DNA of 64,000 nucleotides, taken from NCBI RefSeq assembly GCF_009914755.1, contig NC_060926.1. One strand, written 5' to 3'. Shown here one piece after another: positions 1-16,124 of this stretch (positions are counted from its first letter, which is position 1; each line of letters opens with the position of its first letter). Made by a program: the position numbers and the translations under genes. The stretch is from the human T2T-CHM13v2.0 reference genome, Homo sapiens. The notes under the pieces are model-generated. The model was not told where the DNA came from. It saw nothing but the letters and a program-made list of their open reading frames with translations, and ran no database searches.

Positions 1-18
1 GTAGCACATTATGACCAT

Positions 19-80
19 ATATATATAATATATATACATATATATGTATATACACACATATATATATGAGAGAGAGAGAG
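19..80. repeat. Compound (TA)n/(CA)n/(GA)n microsatellite
   Basis: atatatataatatatatacatatatatgtatatacacacatatatatatgagagagagagag is directly visible. Confidence 0.95.
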
Positions 81-1410
81 AACAAGACAATAAAAGAGGA
101 AAGGAAGAGTGGAAGAAAAAGAAAAGAGAAGAGAAGAGGCAGGCTACCATGTAGCCAGTAGTGCCTGCTCATAGCTAGCCTACAATCTTGAGTGAGATTT
201 GACGGTAAGACCAGCTCTAATCTGATTGCAATAGACAGTGGCCTGCATCTGAAGCATTTGAAAAGCTCCACCCTATGACCAAAAAAGAAAAAAATTCCTC
301 TCAATTTTTCTCAAGGCTAAAAATTCTCCCATTAACCAATCCCTCACATTATGGGATTTGAGGCCCTCTTTAAAATATATTTCTACCCTGATACTCAGAG
401 GGCAACACATTAAGCCAGCTTCAGCCATTAACTCATTTTATTAATTCGCTCATTAGATTACTTGGTGCTCAGTTGCTTGTTCGAAAAGTAGCTGAGAAAA
501 ATCTGAAAACAAAATCATTCTTTAGTTTTGGTAAGAATAAATCAACTGAAGCAATCCCTGCCTGCCTCAGGGATGGCAAATACCTGAGATGACAGTGGCT
601 GGGAAAGACAGTGTGACAGGAAGTTTGTCCCAGGCAGCTCTGATCCTGGCCTATCTGCAAGACGGCTAGTCTGACTATGGATGATCAGAAGTCGCTCCTC
701 CTGGGCTTGAAGGTTCATTAGTCAGCAAGGTAATAAGGACTATATATTACCAAGGACCCAAGGCCCACTGAGAATTTCTTGTGTGTGTATTAATCTCGGC
801 AGATCAAAGCCATTCCAAGCTTAAAACTAATCGGCATTAATGAACAGCCTCCTCAATTTCCATTTTTATGATGTGTGCAGCATGGTGATTTGTTTCTCCA
901 CTGCCTGAAATGGGATGGCTGACTGATGAATCACTTTCCCCGAGAAGCTTGTCTGTGAGCAGTAATGTTGCAAATGGGTGCAAACCAAAAAATCTGTTCT
1001 TACTTCATTAAAATTATGACATAGGCTCCTACTTTCCAAAATTATGCCCTCTCCTCAAACGACTGACTGAAGTTTCAGTTTTGTTGTGTAGGTGGGGTGT
1101 CGAGCCAGTCTCTGTGCTAGTGCTGCGTGTCAGAAGATGCGGCTACTTGGGAAAATTTTGAGACACATTCACTTTGCAGGTCAAGCAAGAGAGAAGGCTG
1201 TAACAATTACCAGGAGTAGATACTGTTATCTGGATTGAGCTAAATAACAGGGTTTGAAAGGAGGACCAGATCCAGAAAGGCTGGATCAGCAGGGAAGGGG
1301 GTTTGGGGAAAAAGAGTAGTGGGGACGAACAAGGTAGAGGGCAGATGGATCACTTTGGTGTTTGAAATTTAGGCTTTAAACCTGTGAACACAATTCATTC
1401 CCCAGGATGA

Positions 1411-1447
1411 CACCACTACTACCACCACTACCACCATCATCATCATC
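1411..1447. repeat. Degenerate (CAC/TAC/CAT)n trinucleotide repeat
   Basis: caccactactaccaccactaccaccatcatcatcatc. Confidence 0.85.
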
Positions 1448-1459
1448 AGTCTCATCTTC

Positions 1460-1570
1460 TAGGCTGGCACGATGTTGATTGCCTTATATATCTTTTCTTA
1501 TTTTTAATATTCACAGAAACATTTGGAGAGAGATGCTACAATTATTCTCATCTCTTTACATGAAAAAATT
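1460..1570 (-). mobile_element. MIR fragment
   Basis: Degenerate match to the MIR antisense core (attattctcatctctttacatgaaaaaatt resembles attatccccattttacagatgaggaaact). Confidence 0.5.
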
Positions 1571-2474
1571 AAGATACAATTCAGGAATCATAAAATTCAT
1601 CCTTTAAAAATGTACATTTCAGTATATTCACGGAGTTGGGCAATCATCACCACTATCTAATTCTAGAACATTTTCATCAGCCCTCCCCAAAGAAATCCAA
1701 TGAGTTACTCCTCATTCCTTTTTACTCCATAGTTTTGGCAGCTACTAATCTACTTTCTCTGCAGATTTGCTTGTTCTGGACTTTTCATATAAATGGAACT
1801 ATTCAGTATGTGGCCTTTTGTTACTGTCTTTTTTCACTTAGCATGATGTTTTCAAGCTTCTTCCATTTTGTAGCATGTATCATGTATCAGTACTTCATTC
1901 CTTTTCATGGCTGAATAACATTCTATTGTACACATATATCACATTTTATTTATCCATTTATCAGTCGATGGCCTTGGGTTTTTCTACTCTTTTGCTATTG
2001 TGAATAATGCTGATATAAGCATTCATGTACAAAATTTTGTGTGGACATAAGCTTTCATTTATTTTGGATATAAACCTAGAAGACAAATTGCTGGTATTAA
2101 TAATTATATATTTAACTTTTTGAGGAACTGTCAAACTGTTTTTCATAGTGACCACCATTTTGCATTTCTGCCAGCAATGTATGAGGATTCCACATTCTCC
2201 ACATCATTGCCAAGATTTGTTATGGTCCCTTTTTGATTATAGCCATCTGAGTGGATGTGAAGTGGCATATTATTGTAATTTCTATTTGCATTTTTCTAGT
2301 TACTAATCATGTTGAATATCTTTTCATGAGCTTATTGGCCATTTACACATCTTCTTTGGAGAAATGTCTATTGAATTCTTTACCCAGTTTTTAATTGGGT
2401 TATTTGACTTTTTATTGTTGAATCATAACAGTACTTTATATATTCTGGGTATTTGATTCTTATCAGATATGTGA

Positions 2475-2765
<291 letters not shown>

Positions 2766-3435
2766 TAATTTTAATCACATCAATTTATCTATTTTTTCTT
2801 TTGTTGCTTGTGCCTTTGGTGTCATATCCAAAAAACACTGTCTAATCCAAGGTCACAAAGACTCACTCCTATGTTTTCTTCTAAGTGTTTTACAGTTTTA
2901 GTACTTACATTTAGATCATTCATCCATTTCGAGTTAATTTTTGTGTATGGTATAAAATAAGGGTCCAACTTAATTTTTTTGAAAGTGGATATTTTGATAT
3001 TCAGAAGTCCCAGCCCTATTTGTTAAAAAGACTATTTTTTCTCCATTGAATTTCTTGGTTCCCTTCTTGAAAATCAATTGACCATAAATATATGCATTTA
3101 TTTCTGGATTATGAATTCTATTCTATTAATATGTGTCTGTCATTATGCAGTGTTAAGCAGTCTTGATTATTGTATTAAGTTTTCAACTTGGGAAGTGTGA
3201 GCTCTTCAAATTTGTTCTTTTTCCAGGTTGTTTTGGCCATTTTAAATCCATAGTATTCCTATATGAGTTTTAAGATCAACTTGTCAATTTCTTCGAAAAA
3301 GCAGCTGGGAGTTTGATAGGGGTAATGCTCAATTTTCACATCAAATTGGAAAGTATTGCTATCTTGACAATATTGTCTTCTACTCCATGAATATGGGATA
3401 TGTTTCTATTTTTTTAGGTGATCCTTAATTTTTTT

Positions 3436-5272
3436 AATTAATAAAATTTATTTTTAGAGGAGTTTTAGATTAATACCAAAAGTGAGCAGAAAGTGAGCTT
3501 TTCCGTATAGCCCCTTTTCCCACACATACACAACTGTCCATACTATTGACATCCTCCACTAGAGTGGTGTGTTTGTGGCAATGTATGAATCTACACTGAT
3601 ACATCATTACCAGCAAAAGTCCCTGGTTTCCATGAGGGTTCACTCTTGATGCTGTACATTCTATGGGTTTTGACAAATGTATGGCAACAAGTATCTACCA
3701 TTGTAGTATCATGCAAAATAGTTTCATTGCCCTCAAAATGCTCTCTGCTCTGCCTATTTATCCCTCCCTCACCTAAACTCTTGGTAACTACTAACTTTTT
3801 ACTGTCTTTGTAGATTGCTTTTTCACAACATCATACAGTTGGAATCATACAGTATGTTGTTTTTTCAGATTGGCTTCCTTCACTTAATATACATTTAATC
3901 TTTCTTCATATCTTTTTGTGGCTTGATAGCTCTTTTCTTTACAGTGCTGAATAACATTCCATTGTCTGAATGTACCACAGTTTATTTATCCATCCACCTA
4001 CTGAAGGACATCTTGGTTGCTTTCAAGCTTCTTTGGCAATTATGAATAAAGCAACTCTGTTCAGGTTTTTTTTTGGGCAAGTTTTCAGCTCCTTTGGGTA
4101 AATATCAAGGAACATGATTGCTGGATCACATGGCAAGAATATTATTTGGTTTTATAAGAAATTACCAAACTGTCTTCCCAAAGTGACTATACAATTTTGT
4201 ATTCCCACTAGTAGTGAATGAGAGTTTCTGTTTTTCCACATCCTGCCAGCATTTGATGTTTTCAGTGTTTTGAATTTTGACTATCCTAATAGGTATGCTG
4301 TGGTATCTCATTGTTTTAATTTGCAATTCCCTAATGACATGTGATTTTTTTTATGTGCTTATTTATCATCTGTATATCTTCTTTGGTGAGGTGTCTGTTC
4401 AGTATCTTCTGCCCATTTTAAAATCAAGTTTTTTGTTTTCTTATTATTGAGTTTTAAGAGTTATTTGCTTATTTAGGATGACAATTCTTTGTCAGTTATG
4501 TTCTGTAGTAATTTAGTAGTAAGAAGTGGGAGGAGGGGAATATTTCTATAGTCCTGTTCTTAGTTCTGAGTCTTCTGGTGGGCTTGTGCCTCTGGACTGT
4601 GAACTTCACCAGTGTTTCTCAGTCCCCAGCACTGCTACCTTTAGGAGGGGCAGAATGACTAGAGAGGCCTGGAATTGGGTATTTTCCTTCCCCCATGTGG
4701 AAGGACAGATGAAACTGGAGTTGAGTACTTTCATTCCCTCTGGTAGGTTAGGTTCTAATAAAACTCTAGAAGGTTCAGCTCTGGTAAAATTGTTTCTCCT
4801 GAGGGCAGAGTTGTTAGGAATAGAATGCTCTGGCATGTTTCAAAATGGTTTCTTTCCCCTTCCCCTGCCAGAAACTTTAGGAGATATTTCTCCTATATTC
4901 ACTCTGAAGACCTGGTAGAGCTTCTGGAGGTAAACTCACAAAAGTGTGGGGGCCCCGGTGACTACATCCCCTGGGGTTTTTAACTCCCTGAGTTGTTCAC
5001 ACTGAGCCTCCAGCAATATACCAATTACAGTTCAGGTTTTCCTACCCCAGCACTGGTTCCCAAGGAAGTTTCTGACTGTGGATTTCTCCTTCAGCAAGTT
5101 GTGATTCTCTGTATCTGCCTGTTCTTCTCTCCAATTTGAGGGGCAGTGGTTTGCCCTGTGACCTCACTTCTTGTATGCATTTAAGAAGGTTGTTGATTTT
5201 TCAGTTTGCTTAGCTTTTTCTTGTTGTTAGAATGAAATGGTGGCTCTAAACTAAACTAGAAGCTGGAAGTAT
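3436..5272 (-). mobile_element. Internally deleted L1MC-like element: 3' end (~3436-4500) fused to 5' UTR (~4501-5272)
   Basis: L1MC-like 3' UTR and ORF2 tail, then L1MC/MD-type 5' UTR. Flanked by the 14-bp direct repeat tccttaattttttt at 3422-3435 and 5273-5286. Confidence 0.7.
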
Positions 5273-5517
5273 TCCTTAATTTTTTTCAATAATGTTTTGC
5301 AGTTTTTGATGTGCTAATTTTCCACTTTTTGGTTAGATTTATTCGTAAGTATTTTATTCCTTTGATGCTATTCAAAATAGAATTATTTTATTAACTTCAT
5401 TTTTGGATTGTTCATTGCTGAAATACAATTGATTTTTATGCATTAATTTTGTATCCTGTAACCATGCTGAATTAATTTGTTAGTTGCAGTAGTCTGTTTA
5501 TTTTGTGGGTTTCTTAG

Positions 5518-5870
<353 letters not shown>

Positions 5871-6083
5871 CCTCTTTTCTAATATGGATGCCTTTTATTT
5901 CTATTTCCTGTCTCACAGTCTTGGCTAGAACTCCTAGTACAATGTCGAATAGAAGTGATGAGAACTACTGCCTTTATCTTTTTCCTGATCTTACAGGAAA
6001 AACTTTCAGTGTTCCATCATTAAGTATGATGTTAGCTATGGGTTTTCATAGATGTCGTTTATCAGGTTAAGGAAGTTCACATC

Positions 6084-6778
6084 TGTTTTAGTTTCCTATT
6101 GCTGTTGTTACAGAGTACCACAAATTTAATGATCCAAAACATTGTAAATTTTTTTACAGTTCTTGAAGTCGGAGGTACAAAGTGGATTTTAAGAGCTAAA
6201 ATTATGGTGCTAGCAGAACTGCATATTTTTCTGGAATTTCTATGGAAGAATCCATTTCCTTTCCTTTTTTAGCTTCTAGAGTTTGGTTGTATTTCTTAAC
6301 TCATGACTCCTTCCTCTATCTTCAAGATATATTACTCCAATCTCTGATTCCACCATCTTATCTCCTTTTTCTGACTTTGACCTACTTGCGTCTCTCTACA
6401 ACGGGCCTGGCCAAATAATACAGGATTATTTCCTAATCTGAAAACCTTTAATTTAATCATATCTACTATTTTCTAATACATTATTGAAAGTGGTGTATTA
6501 AATTCTCCAATTACTATTATTTAATTGTTTTTCTCTCTTTAATTCTGTACAAATTTTCTTTATGTATTTTGTGTCTCTGTTGTTGGGTGCATACATGTTT
6601 ATAATTATTTTGTCTTCTTTATGGATAGACTCTTTTATTGTTATAAAATGCCCTTCTTTGTCCTTAGTATTATTTTTTGACTTAAAGTCTATTTTGTCTC
6701 CCTTTGGTCATGTAAGGTAACATATTTCAGGTTCTGCAATAGGATGGACATCAATGTAGGGGCATTATTCTGCTTACT
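6084..6778 (-). mobile_element. MLT1 (MaLR) solo LTR, interrupted by a ~235-bp L1-derived insert at ~6465-6699
   Basis: Starts tgttttagtttcctattgctg, contains atgtaaggtaacatat, and ends ggggcattattctgc, as expected for MLT1C/D in antisense. Confidence 0.8.
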
Positions 6779-7314
6779 TCACCTTCTATTTCTGGTTTGT
6801 TTTGCATTTTCATCATAAAAGAGTGTTGGGTTTTGTCAAATTTTTTTTCCTGTATCTGTTGAGATGATTATATGGTTTTTGTCCTTTATTTTATTAAATT
6901 GATTGATTTTGTGTGTTGAAGCCAACTTGCATTTCTGGGATAAATTCCACTTGGTCATGTGCGTAGTGATTTTTAAATGTTGTTGGACTTAGTTTGCCAG
7001 TATTTTGTTTAGGCTTTTTGTATCTATATTCATAAAGATTATTGACCTGTGATTTTCTTTTGTGTGATGTTTTTGTCTAGTTTTTTTTTTATTATTTTAT
7101 TTTATTATTATTACACTTTAAGTTTTAGGGTACATGTGCACAATGTGCAGGTTAGTTACATATGTATACATGTGCCATGCTGGTGTGCTGCACCCATTAC
7201 CTCGTCATTTAGCATTAGGTATATCTCCTAATGCTATCCCTCCCCCCACCCCTCACCCCACAACAGTCCCCAGAGTGTGATGTTCCCCTTCCTGTGTCCA
7301 TGTGTTCTCATTGT

Positions 7315-11156
<3,842 letters not shown>

Positions 11157-11204
11157 TTATTTTGCTCGTTAGTTGATAAAGTTTCTTCCTAGCCTTGATG
11201 GTCT

Positions 11205-12221
11205 TTACAATTTGGCATGTTTTTGCAGTGGCTGGTACCGGTTGTTCCTTTCCATGTTTAGTGCTTCCTTCAGGAGCTCTTTTAGGGCAGGCCTGGTGGT
11301 GACAAAATCTCTCAGCATTTGCTTGTCTGTAAAGGATTTTATTTCTCCTTCACTTATGAAGTTTAGTTTGGCTGGATATGATATTCTGGGTTGAAAATTC
11401 TTTTCTTTAAGAATGTTGAATATTGGCCCCCACTCTCTTCTGGCTTGTGGAGTTTCTGCTGAGAGATCCGCTGTTAGTCTGATGGACTTCCCTTTGTGGG
11501 TAACCTGACCCTTCTCTCTGGCTGCCCTTAACATTTTTTCCTTCATTTCAACTTCGGTGAATCTGACAATTATGTGTCTTGGAGTTGCTCTTCTCGAGGA
11601 GTATCTTTGTGGCGTTCTCTGTATTTCCTGAATCTGAATGTTGGCCTGCCTTGCTAGATTGGGGAAGTTCTCCTGGATAATGTCCTGCAGAGTGTTTTCC
11701 AACTTGGTTCCATTCTCCCCGTCACTTTCAGGTACACCAATCAGATGTAGATTTGGTCTTTTCACATAGTCCCATGTTTCTTGGAGGCTTTGTTCGTTTC
11801 TTTTCATTCTTTTTTCTCTAAACTTCCCTTCTTGCTTCATTTCATTCATTTCATCTTCCATCACTGATACCCTTTCTTCCAGTTGATTGCATCGGCTCCT
11901 GAGGCTTCTGCATTCTTCACGTAGTTCTTGAGCCTTGGCTTTCAGCTCCATCAGCTCCTTTAAGCACTTCTCTGTATTGGTTATTTTAGTTATACATTCA
12001 TCTAAATTTTTTTCAAAGTTTTTAACTTCTTTGCCTTTGGTTTGAATTTCCTCCTGTAGCTTGGAGTAGTTTGATCGTCTGAAGCCTTCTTCTCTCAACT
12101 CGTCAAAGTTATTCTCTGTGCAGCTTTATTCTGTTGCTGGTGAGGAACTGTGTTCCTCTGGAGGAGGTGAGGCACTTTGCTTTTTAGAGTTTCCAGTTTT
12201 TCTGCTCTGTTTTTTCCCCAT
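11205..12221 (-). pseudogene. LINE-1 ORF1 (RNA-binding protein), 338-codon frame with one premature stop
   Basis: ATG at 12221-12219 gives MGKKQSRKTGNSKK. In-frame TAA at codon 32 (12128-12126). The remainder is open to ...PLQKHAKL (ORF track 11205..12098). Confidence 0.93.
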
Positions 12222-13207
12222 CTTTGTGGTTTTATCTACTTTTGGTCTTTGATGATGGTGATATACAGATGGGTTTTTGGTGTTAATGTCCTTTCTGTTT
12301 GTTAGTTTTCCTTCTAACAGACAGGACCCTCAGCTGCAGGTCTGTTGGAGTTTCCTAGAGGTCCACTCCAGGCCCTGTTTGCCTGCATAACAGCAGCGGT
12401 GGCTGCAGATCAGCGGAGTTTCGTTCACCACGAATGCTGCTGTCTGATCATTTCTCCGGAAGTTTTGTCTCAGAGGAGTACCCAGCCGTGTGAGGTGTCA
12501 GTCTGCCCCTACTGGGGGGTACCTCCCAGTTAGCCTGGTCGGGGGTCAGTGGTCAGGGACCCACTTGAGGAGGCAGTCTGCCCGTTCTCAGATCTCCAGC
12601 TGCATGCTGGGAGAACCACTGCTCTCTTCAAAGCTGTCAGACAGGGACATTTAAGTCTGCAGAGGTTACTGCTGTCTTTTTGTTTGTCTGTGCCCTGCCC
12701 CCAGAGGTGGAGCCTACAGAGGCAGGCAGGCCTCCTTGAGCTGTGGTGGGCTCCACCCAGTTGGTGCTTTCTGGCTGCTTTGTTTACCTAAGCAAGCCTG
12801 GGCAATGGCAGGTGCCCCTCCCCCAGCCTCGCTGCCGCCTTGCAGTTTGATCTCAGACTGCTGTGCTAGCAATCAGTGAGACTCCGTGGGTGTAGGACCC
12901 TCTGAGCCATGTGCGGGATATAATCTCCTGGTGCGCCATTTTTTAAGCCGGTCGGAAAAGTGCAGTAGTAGGGTGGGAGTGACCCGATTTTCCAGGTGCC
13001 ATCTGTCACCCCTTTCTTTGACTAGGAAAGGGAACTCCCTGACCCCTTATGCTTCCTGAGTGAGACAATGCCTCGCCCTGCTTCGCCTCGTGCACGGTGC
13101 TCTGCACCCACTGTCCTGCGCCCACTGTCTGGCACTCCCTTGTGAGATGAACCTGGTATCTCAGATGGAAATGCAGAAATCACCCATCTTCTGCTTCGCT
13201 CACGCTG
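12222..13207 (-). promoter_or_regulatory. L1 5' UTR with internal sense promoter and antisense promoter region
   Basis: GC/CpG-richer L1PA 5' UTR upstream of ORF1. The first ~40 nt of the consensus are missing. Confidence 0.8.
12805..13022 (+). pseudogene. LINE-1 antisense ORF0, truncated
   Basis: ATG at 12805 gives MAGAPPPASLPPCSLISDCCASNQ, then TGA at 12877-12879 (CGA to TGA, a CpG transition). Confidence 0.8.
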
Positions 13208-16124
13208 TTTTTGTCTAGTTTTAATGTTTTGATAATGCTGGCTTCATAGTATGAGTTGAGAAGTGCTCCCTTCTCTTCTAATTTTTGGCTAAGTTTGTGA
13301 AAGATTAGTGTTACTTCTTTAGGCATTAGAGTATACCAGTAGAGCCACCTGATCCTGTGCTTTCATTTGGGTGAGGCTTTTTGATTACTAATTCACTCTC
13401 TTTTCTTGCTAGAGAACTATTCAGAATTTCTGTTCTTTTTGAGTCAGTTTTAGTACTGAGTGATTTTCTTAGAAATTATCCATTTCATCTAGATTATCTA
13501 ATTTGTTGGCACACAATTATTTATAGTATTCTTTTATAATTCTTTTTATTTCTGCAAGGTCCAAAATAATGACCCCTTCCTTCTTTCATAACTACTAATT
13601 TGGTTTTTCTCTCTTTCTTTTCTTTGTCAGCTTAACATTTGTCAATTTTGTTCATCTTTTCAAAGAACTAATTTTTGATTTTGTTGATTTCCTCTATTGT
13701 TTTTCTATTTTTTACTTCATTAATTCTCACTGTATTTTTATGATTTCTTCCTTCTTTTTCCCTTGGGGTTAGTTTGCTCTCCTTTTTCTAGTTTCCTAGG
13801 GTGGAAACTTAGGTTATTGATTTAAGATCTTTCTTCTTTTTCTATGTAGGCATTTACAGCTACACATTTTTTCACAGCACTATTTTCATAGTATGCCATT
13901 TGTTTTAGTATATTGTATTTTGTTTTCAGTAATCTCAAAATATTTTCTTGTTTCCCTTGTGATTTCTTCTTTCTTTCATTAATTATTTAGAATTGTGCAG
14001 GTTAATTTTTACAGTTTTTGATTTTCAATTTTTTCTAATGATTTCTAATTTTATTCCATTGTCAGAGATTATACTTAGTATGATTTCATTCTATTTAAAT
14101 TTACAAAGGCTTTCATTATGGCCTATTATATGGTCTATCCTGGAGAATGTTCCTTCTGTATTTGAGAAGAATGTGCATTCTGCTGTTGTTGGGTCGAATG
14201 TTCTATACATGTCTGTTATGTTTAGTTGGTTTATTGTGTTGTTCAATTCCTCTATTTGCTTAGTTATCTCTGTTTTTCTAATACATTATACATTATCCAA
14301 TTATCATTATTTAATTGTTTTTCTCTCTTTAATTGTGTACAAATTTGCTTTATGTATTTTGGGTCTCTGTTGTTGGGAGCATGCATGTTTATAATTATTT
14401 TGTCTTCTTTATGAATAGACTTCTTTATAGTTATAAAATGCCCTTCTTTGTCCTTAGTATTTTTTTTTACTTAAAGTCTATTTTGTCTGCTATTAGAATA
14501 GTTATTCCCATTCTCCTTTTATTACTGTTTACATTGTATGTTTTTCCCATCCTTTCACTTTTAACTTACTTTTGTCTTTAATCTAAACTGGGTCTCTGGT
14601 AGATAGCATATAGTTGAATTATAAATCTCTTTTTTTATGAATCTCTTATTTGAATTTCTGCCTTTTAATTGGCATGTTTAATACATTTGTATATAATATG
14701 ATTAACATAAGAATTATATCACCCATTTTGCTATATTTTTATATGTGTTATGTGCTTTTTGTTCCATTTCCCCATTATTTTTTTCTTTTACATTAAATTG
14801 ATATTTTCTACTATACTATTTTAATTCCTACTTTTATTTTTAATTTTTATTATATTTTTCAATTTATTTTCTTAATGGTCACCATGTGGATTACAATTAA
14901 TGTCCTAACTTATAATTGTCTAGTTTAGATGAATACCAATTTAATAACAATATTATAGAAAAGCGCTGTCTAGCTCTATTCCTTCTTCCTACCTTTACTC
15001 TTATTGTTATTCAAATTACATCTTTATACACTGTGACCAAGAACACAGATTTGTAATTATTGCTTTATGTAATTGCTTTTTAAATCAGGAAAGATAAAAT
15101 AGCATTAAAAATATATTTACACTGTCTTTTATCTTTTACCTGTGTACTTTTAACAGTGCTTTTAATTTCTTCATTAGGTTTGAGTTGTTAACTATAGTCC
15201 ATTAATTTCAGCCTGAAAGACAACATTTAGAATATCTGGTAGAGAAGATTCGCTAGTGATAAATTCTCTAAATTTTTGTTTATTTGAGAATGACTTAACT
15301 TTATTTTTGAAGTTTAGTTTTGTTGAATATATAATTCTTGCTTGACAGTGTTTTTCTTTTGGCACTGTGAATATGTCATTCTTTAGCCTTTATAGTTTCT
15401 GATAAGAAATCAGCTGTTATCTTTTTGGCAATCCTTTGTACCTGATGAGTTGTTTTTCTCTTGCTGCTTTCAAGAATTTTTTGCCTTGGCTTTTGATGGT
15501 TTGATTTTATATGTCTAGGTATGAATATCTGAATTTATCCTACTTGGAGTTAATAAGCTTCTTGGGTGTGTTATTAATGTTTTTCATTAAATTTGAAATG
15601 GTTTCAGCTATTATTTCTTCACATATTCTTTCTTCCCCTTTCTCTCTTCTCTGCTTCTGGAACTCCCATTATATGTTTGTTGGCCCACTTGATACTGGCA
15701 CAAAGCTCTCTGAGGTCTCATTAGTTTTTTCATTGTCTCCCTCATACTAGATAATTTAAATTGATCCATCTTTATGTTCACTGATTTTTTTCTTCTGCCT
15801 GCTCAAATCTGCTCTTGAGCCTGTCTGGTAAAGTATTCATTTCAGGTATTATACTTTTCAACTGCAAAATATGTATTTATCTATGTAAAAAAGTAATTTC
15901 TTTTTATTGGTAGTCTCTATTTGCTGAGACATGTTCTAATATTATTCATTAGTGCCTTAGACATGGTTTTCTGTATTTTAAAAAACATATTTAAAATAGC
16001 TAATTTAAAGTCTTTCTCAGTTAAGTCTAACATCTCAATTTTCTCAGGGACAATTTCTATTGACTGCTTGGGTTGTGTGTGTGTATGTGTCTGTGTATGG
16101 GCCATGCCTCCTTTTCTAAAAAAT

